A DNA stretch of 64,000 nucleotides from Podarcis erhardii (taxonomy: Eukaryota), in assembly GCA_964252035.1 (NCBI GenBank), contig OZ176213.1, one strand, 5' to 3'. Below the pieces are notes generated by a model. It was not told the origin of the DNA, searched no databases, and saw only the letters and a list, made by a program, of their open reading frames with translations. Shown in pieces: positions 1-17,369 of the stretch (position 1 is the stretch's first letter; each line of letters opens with the position of its first letter). Made by a program: the position numbers and the translations under genes.

Positions 1-410
1 TTGCTTTCCCTCTGACTTTGCATTCTCAGTTATAGTGGTGTGGGGGGCCCTTTCACATTGGAATAAGTGCACCACCCTGAGATTTTGTGATGAAGGGTAG
101 TATATAAATTGGATATAGATAGACAGACAGAGGTACTGTGCTTCCCTCTTGGTGGGAGGCTGGCCGGCCATTGACTAATAGGAGAGACAGGGAGGAAACT
201 CCTCCTGGTTGAAGGTTCTGAAACAACCTGCAAACAAAAGCTGGATCTGAAAACCTGAGGATGACAACAACAACAACAGGAATGTATGAAAGAGAAGTAT
301 GAAAATTGGAAGGCCACCCTCTGGGCTTGGGTACCAGCATCTTCTGCTGGGAAAGTAAGCTGGTTTTCATCCACATGTGTTTCCAGCAAGCCTTTCTCGC
401 CTTCTTCCAG

Positions 411-1723
411 ATCAAAGGTGGATCAGCTGCAAGAAATTGTGACGGGAAACCCCACAGTGATCAAGATGGTGGTGAGCTTCAACCGTGGTGCTCGTGGACA
501 GAACACCTTGAGGCAGATCCTGGCACCGGTTGTGAAGGAGATCATGGAGGACAAATCTCTCAATATTAAAACTGATCCAGTGGACATCTACAAGTCCTGG
601 GTCAACCAGATGGAGTCGCATACCGGAGAGGCTAGGTATGAGGGGCTGTTCATGCTCACAGGAGGTGCCAAAAAAGGTCTGGACGTTTTTCAGGGGAGAG
701 AGAGACACATCCTCATTTGGATTTTCACGTTTTGTGGCGGCTTGTATCTGAAAAGTTCCTTTTCCCCCTCGAAAGTTTTAAAAATAGATTCCATTCACTG
801 ATACATAAGATTAAGTGTTTAGACCTGGAGGCCTCACAGTCATGGCCTTAGGAAAGGTCATGTAGTCATTCCAGGGCACAAAGGTGAGCTGAACCTGGCA
901 GAGGGTTTAGAGCCATTTTTAAAAAACCATGTTCTCAATGAAGAGCGATATAGAAAGCTGCTTCCTTCATTCCTCCCTTCTGCTTTGGGGGCATTTATCA
1001 AGGGTCAGATGGTCATAGGAGAGGAATGTCGGCAAAGACCTCAAAACCCAAAGCTCCTGCTGGACTCCCTATGTTTCCCTCCCCCCCCCCCGCCCTCTGG
1101 GCTACCTGCCACCCACCGTCCTGTGGGAAGGATAATTGGGACAGAAGACTCCCTTAGAGCCCATACCTGCGGGCCTTTCTCTCTCCCCACCCCCCACCTC
1201 AAACAGGGCTGATCTGTCACCAGGTGCCCCCTGGGCAGGATCCAGATGGCTGTTTATGCACCTGTGTTGTGTCTGTCCAGCATAAGCTGGAGGGCTAAGA
1301 GGGGGGGTGCAAGCGGCAGCATCCTCCAGCTGACACTTCCCACTGCTCACCTCCCTATGGCTTTTCCTTGACAGTAAGCTGCCCTACGACGTCACACCGG
1401 AGCAAGCCCTGGCCCACGAGGAGGTCAAGACGCGCCTGGATGCCTCCATCAAGAACATGCGGGCCATCACCGACAAGTTTCTGCTGGCCATCATCGGCTC
1501 CCTGGAGAAAATCCCGTGAGTGTCCCAAGCTGCCCCTCGGGCGGATGCAGGCGGAGGAGGGTCCTTCTAAGCTTCTCTCCGCCTCTCCCCTCATTCCCGG
1601 CCTTGTTCTCCCTCTACAGCTATGGCATGCGCTTCATTGCCAAGGTCTTGAAAGATTCACTACACGAAAAATTTCCTGACGCCAGTGAGGATGATCTGCT
1701 GAAGGTGAGGAAGCAGGGTTTCT

Positions 1724-1762
<39 letters not shown>

Positions 1763-4733
1763 CACTTGCTTCGCGCTCTCTTGGTCAGACCACCTGTCAA
1801 TCACATTTGCAGCTCCAGCGACCTAGGTGAGCATGGAGGTGGGGGCTGCTTTGAGAGCAGAGGGGGTGGACTTGCTGCTTCTACTGCGTGTCTCTCTCTC
1901 TCTCTCTCTCTCTCTCTGCTGGGCTTCTTCCTTCTCTCTAAAGAGCTGCAGCCAGTGGTCACACTTGGTCTCAGCAGCAGCCTGTGCCACTTTCCTTTTT
2001 TAAAAAAAGAGAGCTTTTCAGGTAGACAAATAAACTTTTTTTCAAAAAATGTTTTTCAAAAGAGCAAGGATGTCTCTCTGGTGGATGGTCAGTGGCACTC
2101 TCTTCTCATACAAGTTTTAAGGCCTGAGAGAACTCACGAGGATGGCCTTTCCGTCCAGTGGGTCTGCCCTGTTTTGGGGACTGCCGTGACCTGTGCCTGG
2201 CAGTTTCTCTCAAAGATAAAGAGCCATCTTGTGCCTTCTTCTAAAAAAGAGACCTGAATGCTGTTGTTTTCTTCTTCTCTTCTAGTTCTGTGCTTTCCCA
2301 CACTGAAGCATCGAATCTAGGCTTTCTCTGCAGGTGAATTCCTTTTTTAAAGCATGCCTTTAGGTGGGAAGCAGGCGGAGGAGCTTGCAGCGGCCACAGG
2401 GTAGCAGCAAAAAGTCAGGATGGAAGTGCACAATTCAGGGTGGGGGGAGCTGCTAGAGCAGCCAATGAGCTGAAACCATTCAACTTTTTCATTAAAGTGG
2501 CCTGTGAACTCCTGGCTTCTCCGTATCTCTGGGGAAAGAGCTGGGAGCCCTTAGCCCATGGATCCCTGCCCATTCCCCATAGTCCAGCAGCGAAAACTTC
2601 CTAGCCTGTGGCTTTCTTTGACTACTGCCTTTTGAGGCTGTTGGGGAGGCAAGATTATAGCTCCAAGGCACTTCCGTGGGAGCCAACCCTCCCTCCCTTT
2701 CTTTCCTGGCGAGTCTCCAACCAGACAAATGGCACCTGCTTAATGTAGCCACCCAGTGGAGCTGAGAAATGATCTGCCCCGGGGCGTCTGTGCTGGATGT
2801 TCCGTTTGCCAAGTCCTTGCCTTGTTTCTGGCTCTTCCTGGCTTTTTCTGCATCTCAGCTGCATTTCCCAATGTGGCTAATTCTCTTCCAAAGTGAGGAA
2901 AACAGCAGCTGCCTGCCTGCCTGCTCCCAAATGCCTGCGGCTTCCTTTCCTTTCTAAAGCCCTATTGCCTCCCCTCTGCCTCTTTGTGCAACTGAGCAGG
3001 TTGGCGGTGGGGGACAGAATTGGTGAAAGTGGCTTCCTCCAGACAAGGTGAGGTCACAAAGGACTCTTTCCCTAGATTGTAGGCAACCTTCTGTACTATC
3101 GCTACATGAACCCGGCCATTGTGGCTCCAGATGCCTTTGACATCATTGATCTGTCAGCTGGAGGACAGTTGACGACAGACCAACGGCGAAACCTCGGCTC
3201 CATTGCAAAAATGTTGCAGCATGCAGCATCCAATAAGATGTTCCTGGGGGACAATGCGCACCTAGGCATCATCAACGAGTACCTTTCTCAGTCCTACCAG
3301 AAATTCAGGTAAAGTAGAGTGACAATGACTTTCAGCAAGGAATGATGGGGCCAATGACAGTGAATTATTCAGAACAGATAGGAAGGAGGAGATCTGTTTC
3401 TCTGGTGGGGGGGGGGACACATTTCCTTGTAAAGTCCCACAAGAAGTTGCCTGCTTCTGACATGGCACAGACATGGCTGACTGGTGTAAATTCACAGTCC
3501 AACCTTGCTTGGGAATTTCTCCTGAAATACACCCTTGTATTTAGGTAGCCACAACAACAGATTCCCCAAAAGTTCTGTCACCTGGGGAAGTAAGGTTCCT
3601 TTCTGAGAATTGGGCTCGCAGAAATATTCTTAGCAGGGGAGACTCACTTGAGAACAAGTTTAGTTTTATCTTTTCTTTCACCAAATAGGGTGGGTGAGTG
3701 TGCTTTGTGGTCAAACTTAAAAGCCAAGGTTGTTGTGACTCCAGTTCCCATCATCCAGTGTGTTTAATTCCAGTTTTAAAGGATGCTGCTTGGGACTGCT
3801 CACCATAGTGACTTATGTGAAGTGTTATAATTGCCCCAGATGAGAATCTCCTGGTGGAGGACAAATATGGTGCTTGTGAAGACCTATTTGGCCAAAACGG
3901 GGCAGAAAAGCATTACCAGCTGGGTTGGGGGTGGCAGGGGTGGGACTTTCCAGATTAGGTTAACTCTCTTTTGCCTTTCTGAAGGCGTTTTTTCCAGGCT
4001 GCTTGTGAAGTCCCAGAGCTGCAAGAGAAGTTCAATGTTGATGAATATTCAGACTTGGTGACCCTCACGAAGCCAGTGATCTATATTTCCATTGGAGAAA
4101 TAATAAACACACACACTGTAAGATTCTTTTGCATCTAGGACCGTTATGGTGTAGACTTTATTCTCTTGGTATAAATAAAAAAGTTTTTCTGAAGAATACC
4201 AGAGACTAGACAGAAACATCACAAACATCACAAGCACAAATTATTATTATTCATCCTGTACTGTAGTGGTTCTCAACCTTCCTAATGCCACGACCCTTTA
4301 ATACAGTTCCTCATGTTGTGGTGACCCCCAACCATAAAATTGTTTTTGTTGCTACTCCATAACTCTAATTTTGCTACTGTTATGAATTGTAATGTAAATA
4401 TCTGATATGCAGGATGTATTTTCATTGTTACAAATTGAACATAATTAAAGCATAGTGATTAATCACAAAAACAATATGTAATTATATATTGTGAAATATT
4501 TATTTCTAATTACAAATAAATGAAATTTTGTCTTGAAGCATGGTGTAGCATGGGTAACCTGGTCTTAGGCAACCCCTGTGAAAGGGTTGTTCGACCCTCA
4601 AAGGGGTCGCGACCCACAGGTTGAGAACCGCTGCTGTATTGTGTTTTAACTATTTCTTGTTGGGAACTGCCCAGAGTGTCTGGGGCAACCCAGTCAAATG
4701 GGCAGCATATAAATAATCAATTGTTATAATATC

Positions 4734-4780
<47 letters not shown>

Positions 4781-7700
4781 CAGCTCACTGCCTAATCTTT
4801 GTTACTCACAAACTAGCTGCTTTTGGACCATCAAGATGCCATCGCTCCTGAGCACAATGACCCTATTCATGAGCTTCTGGATGACCTGGGGGAGGTGTCC
4901 ACCATTGAATCTCTGATAGGTGAGCTTTTTTTCTGATTTAGTAATGAGAAACATAGTTCAAGTGTATGGACTGAGTGCTAAAACACTAGCCACAAACAAT
5001 CCAGAAGCAGGGCTAATATGTCTCTCCACCAGCCTTACTCCTGCCTGCATATTGAGGCCTCTGTAGCCAAAGCTATGCAGACACATGTCAACATTGCTGT
5101 TCCTAAGGTGATTAAATAGTGTCCTCCAGGTAAGAGACACAGCTGGCACCCAGGAACACACACATTTAAAATCACTTAAAAAATGAGTTTTCATAGGGGA
5201 AGAGACTAAATGAGTGAAGCAAACAACCACACTCTCTTCCTGTGCTCTGCTTTTCTCCAAGGAGAGGGATCTGGCAGCGTGAATGATCCAGCCAGTAAAG
5301 AGATGTTGGCCAAGACAGAAGTTTCACTCACACTGACTAACAAATTTGATGTTCCTGGGGACGAGAACGCAGAGATGGATGCCAAGACAATTCTGCTGAA
5401 GTAAGTAGGGGCCATGACAGCCCCTGAACCTTTCTCACTTTCACATCCAAGGCACTTGGGGTTGTCCCATTTCACCAAAGCATTTGCCCAGGCTTCAAGA
5501 AAAGGCTGACTGGCTGGAGGGAGCCAAAGGCTTATCAGTGAGCTTCATGGCTTAGTGGAGATTCTGAGCCTGCATCTCTCCACTCTGAATCCCCTACACA
5601 GTTCTCTAGGTAAAACACAAAAGATGGCAACATCCAGAAATAGCAGAAGTATTCAGGGAAATGAAATGACTAAAAATGTGTCTTGCTCTCAGTATGTTGG
5701 GTTCCACCATTTGATGATCATGTATCAAAGAGGAGGCAGAGGGAGGGAGAGCCCTCAAAAGGATAGCAAAGTTGTCCCAAGGTTCTGATCATCCACCACA
5801 GATTATTAGCAGCCATTTGAGGTGTACAGAAGTCCGCATCTCTTTGTACATGTTTGCTACATGTTGATACGTAGCAACTGCTGCAATATTCAGCAGCACA
5901 CTGGACTTTTATTAAGGATTACTTGAAATTCCTGTGTCCACAAAACCTGTGTTCAGAAACTAGGGGTGTAGTGAGAGATAGTGTTGCCATCATGCTCAGT
6001 GTGTGAACTCCCAGGAGGAAATTGATTGACAGCTTTCTGAATAAGGAATGCAAACTTTTGATGCAACCCAGAATAATTCATACACATACTTACTAAATAT
6101 CAGGGCTGCTGGGGTACATTCCTCATTCCTGATGTGTCATTTCAGACTTCTTGGTTTCTTTGCCCAGTTCTCCTTGGAAAGATCCCTTTCTCAAGGGAGT
6201 CTTTATCCAGGCAGACTGCTGGAGAGCTTAGAATCTTATGAACAGACTTCTGAGGCGAACAGACTTCTGAGGTGAAGACAGCAGGCAGGACTTGCAGCTA
6301 GTGGCAGGGCTAACCCACTTGTAATTCTCCTTAATGCTGAGGAACCCTAGATTAGGCAACTTGCTTCCCTTAGCCAATCATAAGGAACCAGTGGGACTAC
6401 TGGAGAAGGCACTCCAAGTCACCTGGTCCCAAGGTGTTTCAGAGGTTTTGGACATCATAACCAGAACCTTAAACCCAGCCCAGGGGCTAATTGGCAGCCA
6501 GTGCAACTCCTTCAGGAGACATGAAATAAGCATTCCATGTGGCACCCCAGTGAGTAGTGTGGGCCTCCTTTTGCTGTTGTGCTGTAGCTACAACCCCTGC
6601 ACAAGCCTTGCATAGAGTGCATTACAGTAACCCAGCCTTCAGGTTCACAGTTCATAAATCACAGTGGCAAGGCTATGTGTAAGAACATCTGCAGCTTTCT
6701 GTGCTACTGAGATGTGAGTTGTCAAGGGTGGGTGTTTCTGTGATTTCCTTCCTCTTTTGAGTATCTCCCTGATGGTGCATATTTGGCAGAAGAGACAACA
6801 GGCACTTGCTCAGTGATGGCACGTTGATTCTTCCTTTCCTTTTGCTTTTCAGCACAAAGCGCTTAATTGTGGATGTGATCCGCTTCCAGCCAGGAGAGAC
6901 ACTGACTGAGATCCTGGAAACTCCAGCCAGTGCTGAACAGGTAATGGGGAGGAGATGTAGTCATGTTGGAGCAGACGCCAAAGTCTTCCTGTCTCCAAGA
7001 GTGTGTCGCAGGCCAGGGGGAACGGCAGTCTGTGACTGACTGTCCAAAGAAGAGAAGGGCTCAAGCAAGTGGCCTCTGGTTGTGTATGTTGGGGTGGCGG
7101 GGCAGGAATGTGTGTACCAGGACAGCCCAGTTGCAACAGCCTTTCTGACACCCCAATCCCCACCCAGGAAGCCGAACACCAGAGAGCCATGCAGAGGCGA
7201 GCCATTCGGGATGCCAAAACTCCTGACAAGATGAAGAAATCCAAAGCGGTCAAGGAGGACAGCAACCTGAGCCTTCAAGAAAAGAAGGAAAAGATAAAAT
7301 CGGCCCTGAAGAAGCTGACTGAACTGGGGACAGTGAACCCCAAGAACAGATACCAGGATCTGATCAATGATGTGGCCAAGGTAGGCGGCACCCAGGGAAG
7401 CTGAGCTAACAGCCAGTGGGCTTGTGCTGGCAGGTGCATATAAAGGCAACTGAGGATGGGGGTGGCTACTCAATGCACATGTGCACACACACTTGGAATG
7501 TCTTGGGTGGGGATGAGTTAGAAGGTAAGCCTGTTTCCCCCCTCTCCCCTCCAAACTCTAGGACATTCGAAATCAGCGGCGCTATCGCCAAAGGAGAAAA
7601 GCAGAGCTGGTGAAGTTGCAGCAGACCCACAACGCCCTCACCTCCAAGGCGACTTTTTACGAGGAGCAGGTGGATTACTACAAGAGCTATATCAAAACGT

Positions 7701-9441
7701 GCCTGGACAACTTGGCCAGCAAGGGCAAGTGAGTGGCAGCCCCCGGAGGCGTGGGGTTGTGTGGGTGTACCCTGGGTCCTTGGGAAACCTCCTGACATGA
7801 AAACAAAAAATGGAGAGGGGGAATTGCCAGGTGATGAGAGAAGAAAAATGGTCACTTGACAAAGAGCATAAGAGCAAGGGGGGTTAGCTCTCAAAGAGCT
7901 GCTTGCAGGAAGAGCAGGAGTCAGGGGGAGTTATTTCCACCCCCAGGTGTATTGGTGGCCCTTGGGGAGGGAGAGGCAAAAACTCAGTGCCTTGGGTCAA
8001 GTCTTTGTCAGCCTCAATGCTTGTCAAGTCAGAACTCAAATCCTACAAATGGGAGAATGCCTCTCAGTGAGGTGCCCGTCCCTCTTTTCCTCAGGGTTTC
8101 CAAAAAACCACGGGAGATGAAGGGAAAGAAGAGCAAAAAGATCTCCCTGAAATACACGGCAGCCCGGCTCCATGAAAAGGGAGTCCTGTTGGAAATTGAA
8201 GATCTGCAAGCCAGCCAGTGAGTATGTCATTTATCACAGCAGCATGCACAGAGGCAAGTCTCACCCAGTCAGCAGCATTCTGGGATAAAATTGGGAATGA
8301 ACATTTTCATGGATTAGGGTGTTTGTATGTAAATATTTGCTAGGAGTGTGCATCCAAGTAGGGCTCCTAGGAAGGACTTTCGGCATGTCAGAGGCAAAGT
8401 GGGAGCTGTAGAAGACCTCTGAAGCACTTCATGGTGCTTCTGTGGCCTAGACATCAAAAACAGTGCTTGCTTGCAAGTGTCTTATAAAACTGAAAGTAAT
8501 CTCTAAGCTCACCCAGACATGGCAATACCAGAATGGAATGATGGCGTAAGGGAGAGGAAGGAAATAGTCCAGGGGTCTGCAACCTTTAAGACAAAAAGAG
8601 CCACTTGGACCGGAGAAAAAAAACCTGGGAGCCGCAAAACCATTGTGACATTTAAAACAGTGGGGAGTGTCGGGGCACACAATGCGCCTCCTCCTCCCCT
8701 TGCTAGTATCCGCCCCGGAGCCGCGGCAAAGGTGTAAAAGACCCACATGCGGCTCCGGAGCCGCGGGTTGCTGACCCCTGAAATAGTCCGTTGTGACTGT
8801 CAGGTCAAGTAAGGGAATCATTTTACCTAGAAATACAATTGCTTTCAGTTCTTACAATCTGAAATCCACACTGAAGCTCTCTAGTGCAAGTACTTAATTC
8901 CTATCCAATAATCCTTTATTCTTCACTTCAACTCCTAATGGCACATTAAAACAATAAGCATATTTTTTTTTGTCCCCAAACTGTATAGATTCAAAAATGT
9001 GATATTTGAAATTAGCCCAACGGAAGAAGTCGGAGACTTTGAGGTAAAAGCAAAGTTCATGGGTGTACAGATGGAGACGTTCATTCTACATTATCAGGTA
9101 TGGATCTTGATGTTATCTGTAGAGTCCACCCTTATACTGAGTTTGTATCAGGGGATTTCGTTCAGGATCTCCAAACTGTGATGGGGAAGGAGAGGACAAT
9201 ATTAGATATTGAACAAAAAATCATTATGACCTATTCTCCTGGACTGCATTCCAGGTTTATCTAAATTAGATTAAGGAGCACACTTCTTCAAAAGGAGCAG
9301 AAAGTGAAAGCTGGGGAACTAATTGAAAAAATGTTGGCCCATCTTCTCCAGAATGAGTCATGCAGGGAATGGCTCTGCTTGTGTGTTTAGACTCTGGGGG
9401 GAGGGATCCGGTGGGCCCTAGGTGACGCTTGAGTTGGATTG

Positions 9442-9493
<52 letters not shown>

Positions 9494-10914
9494 TCCAGCT
9501 GCAGACCTTAATGAAAAGTGTATTTAAATGTGCTAGCAGTTTTACATAAATAGATGGATTTTAAAAATGATTCTCCACTCCTCTCCCCCCCCCCCGGGTG
9601 GTGGTGGTGGGGAGGTTTATTGCCTGTTTGCACCAGATGATGCAGCAAAATGCCTTTTCACACCCACACCCACACCCCCCGATGCAGGTGGACATTGCAA
9701 AACAGTTTGGTAAGAGGCTTCTGTTTGATCAGGAGACGGTGTCTTCCAGACTTGTTCCTGGAGGGCACAGAGGCCTCCTTGCCACCCTCCATGCCTGCCA
9801 TGCCCAATGCCAGAGCGGTAGCGTTTATTTGTTTTTTTAAAAAATAGTTCATTCCTCCTCTTTTCCCTCTTGGCCTAATTAGTGAGCAAGGAGATCTCCA
9901 GCACTGATTCTAAGGAATAGTCCTATTATCAATTGTTGATCCTAGATTGGAGTAAGAGTTTAGTTATTATATTCATCTTTTTTGCCTAATTTGGTTCTTA
10001 GAACTTTTTTAATGTGCTGAAATAATCTTAGGGAAGCATATTGGGGGGGGGAGCAAAGTGGACAGTGCAAATGCATATAACTTGCATAGCAAAAATAACT
10101 CCTAAAGCTTAATCTATTCACTGCCAACTTATTCTCCATTTAGCCTGCTGTCAGAAAGTATGCAAGCATCAAGCAGTTGGGGTATAATTGCTGGGGCATA
10201 ACATGGCTTGCTGTTCCCTTTCCATCTGCTGCCAAACACAACATTCACAGTCCTTCATGTGTGCTCCATCCTCATTTCTTGGAAATGAGTTGAAGAGTTG
10301 GTGCAGAGGCATTTCCGGAATAATTTATTTCAGTAAAATGGCATGTGCACATTCTTACATGGGAAAATCACATTCTCCCCCCCCCCTTATTTGGCAGCAT
10401 TAAAGAAAAATGTGCACTTAAATTACTGAAAACAAAATTAGAATGTCCAACAGGGATGGCATCCATGCTTTCACCAGTGAGGAAATCAGTTTTGGAGAAA
10501 TATCAATGCATGGAATAAGGTTCCTTCCCACCCTATGCAAAACAGAGAACCCTTCACTATAGCAGCTTGATATCTTCCCTTTCTGCTAAGCATCACAAAA
10601 AGATGATGGCATGTGCTACTTGAGAAATGACTGCTAGGTATGATTTTTCCCATCTCCGAGGTCCAAACTGGGCAAGATGTATGAACGCTATAGGCCAAGC
10701 CTCTGTACACTGACCAGGTGTGTCCTAGGAGCCACAGCTAAGAATTTATTCTCTCTCTTTCTCTCCCCTCCCCTCCCCTCCCCTCCTCTGGCTCCCACAG
10801 GATCTGTTGCAGCTCCAGTATGAAGGTGTGGCTGTCATGAAGTTGTTTGACCGAGCAAAAGTGAATGTCAATCTCCTCATTTTTCTCCTAAACAAGAAGT
10901 TCTATGGGAAGTAA
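411..10914 (+). CDS. IQGAP1: Ras GTPase-activating-like protein IQGAP1, 3' portion (GRD/RasGAP and RGCT domains); gene is 5'-partial in this window
   Basis: Coding exons with AG/GT borders and continuous frame: 411-635, 1375-1515, 1620-1704, 3076-3308, 3985-4117, 4817-4919, 5262-5400, 6853-6940, 7168-7380, 7562-7728, 8095-8217, 8989-9097, 10801-10914 (TAA). Translation includes GNPTVIKMVVSFNR, GNLLYYRYMNPAIVAPD and ends VNVNLLIFLLNKKFYGK*, matching IQGAP1 as remembered (much closer than IQGAP2/3). Confidence 0.96.
1727..1916. repeat. (CA)n (~1727-1760) and (CT)n (~1891-1916) microsatellites
   Basis: Visible dinucleotide runs in an IQGAP1 intron. Confidence 0.95.
4264..4633 (-). mobile_element. 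SPIN (Space Invader) hAT non-autonomous element (MITE)
   Basis: TIRs tagtggttctcaacct / aggttgagaaccgctg; 8-bp TSD ctgtactg (4256-4263) / ctgtattg (4634-4641). Reverse complement starts CAGCGGTTCTCAACCTGTGGGTCGCGACCCCTTTG and contains CACCACAACATGAGGAACTGTATTAAAGGGTCG, matching the SPIN ends as remembered. Confidence 0.88.
4660..4779 (+). mobile_element. 3' end of an L2/CR1-group retroposon with (ATT)n tail
   Basis: gggaactgcccagagtgtctggggcaacccagtcaaatgggcagcatataaat followed by an (ATT)n microsatellite. Confidence 0.6.
8570..8780. mobile_element. hAT (Charlie-like) MITE
   Basis: TIRs caggggtctgcaacc / ggttgctgacccctg; perfect 8-bp TSD aaatagtc (8562-8569 and 8781-8788). Confidence 0.92.
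9443..9493. repeat. (AAT)n microsatellite
   Basis: Visible trinucleotide run. Confidence 0.95.
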
Positions 10915-11380
10915 CTCTTGTTACTTGGAAGTCTGTGGAAAAGGAGCTATGAGTTTCTTTCTGTGAGCTGCTTCACCCACCAGTGGCTCCCAAAATGAGC
11001 AGCTCTCTTCCCACATTGCCAACCTTGGCTGGCTCCAGATCTTTGCACCCATCCTGACGTATGGCTGCACCGCCTCCTGCGTATTGTTTCCCATGTACTC
11101 AACACCCAGAATTAAACCATTATTAGCCTGAGTGGTTTGTTTGTTGTCTTTGGGGGTGTTTAGTCCAAGTCTTGGACTTTTCCCTCCTCTTCTACTCCCC
11201 CCCCAATCTATTGTAGTGTAGTTTGATATTCCTGTAGCATTATGGTGGCTACTAAGGTGACCAAACCACCAAAACAGCAGCTGGAGGCACTTCTGTTCTG
11301 GCCATGGGCCATCTCATGTGATCAAGTAGGTGGTTCTTGGTAGGAAGGCAAGATGGGCAATTTTGAGCCTCGTCAAGGTG

Positions 11381-11444
11381 AATAAACAGATCTGGCCTAT
11401 GGAGCAGCAGTCTCCGTGCCCAGTGTCCCGCTGAAATGAATAAA
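11381..11444 (+). terminator. Candidate IQGAP1 poly(A) signals
   Basis: AATAAA at 11381-11386 and 11439-11444 downstream of the stop codon; a further one at 11701-11706. Confidence 0.5.
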
Positions 11445-11722
11445 AGCGGCGGCAGAAATCAAGTACGTTAAGTTTCTTGCCTTAGCAGCCTAGTAGAAAC
11501 CATCAGAAATATATCATAAAGCAGTGGAGGGGCCTGCTGAATTAATAGGAGTAAAATTAAGCACAGGGGGCTAGTTCTGCTTGAAGTTTTCTTCATAGTG
11601 TATGCCTGCAACACTGACTGGTCATTTGTAATGTTCCTCTGGGATAAATCCTGTATTGGGTCCCTCCGCCTATACTGTGGTCGCTGTGCACTTTTGTTAA
11701 AATAAAATTCTAAGGACTGGAA

Positions 11723-11728
11723 TTTATT
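11723..11728 (-). terminator. Candidate GNPTG poly(A) signal
   Basis: TTTATT on the + strand, about 460 nt past the GNPTG stop. Confidence 0.55.
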
Positions 11729-12186
11729 GGATGGATCCTCTTCTGGCCCAAGACACCACACAGTACATAAGACTGCTGCCCTCACTTGCAGCATTCTCTG
11801 TTACGAAGCAATAAGACACAAAGCTCAAAAAGGCTGCCACAACTTCAACTTGCCTTCACTCCAAAAGAGAGTCCTGAGTTGGCAGCAGAGGCTCCTACCA
11901 GATACCGGCCTGCTGAAAAGACTGTCCTATATTTAACAGTTTCTGCTCTTCCCTGTGGGGTACAGAAGAGGGATAGGAAACCTGTGACTTTCCATATGCT
12001 TCTTGTTCAATCCCAGCTCCCTTCAGGTCCAGTTAGCATGGCCTATGCTGAAAGATGGAAGCTATACTCCAGCCTCATCTGATGGGTCACAGGTTCCATA
12101 ACCCAAGTACAACCACACAATGTGGATTAAATTCTAATTGCTTGAAAACCCCAAATGCTGAGCAAGTTGTCCAGGGGGATTTTTCC

Positions 12187-17208
<5,022 letters not shown>

Positions 17209-17369
17209 CCCGACCCTCGTCCCTTCCTCCTCCAGCTTCCTCCTTGCACCGCCGGCAGAGGCCGCCATCTTCGGTCTCCGGCGAGACCCGGAAGCGCCTG
17301 CAGGGGTTGCTCTTCCGGGGCGTCAGGGAGCCGCTCTATCCGCCTCTTTTCCCCTTGGTGCACGAGGAG
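17209..17369. promoter_or_regulatory. Bidirectional CpG-island promoter of GNPTG and TSR3
   Basis: 161 bp between divergent ATGs, within a GC/CpG-rich island (~16500-17800). YY1-type GCCGCCATCTT at 17261-17271 and ETS-type CCGGAAG near 17288. Confidence 0.85.
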
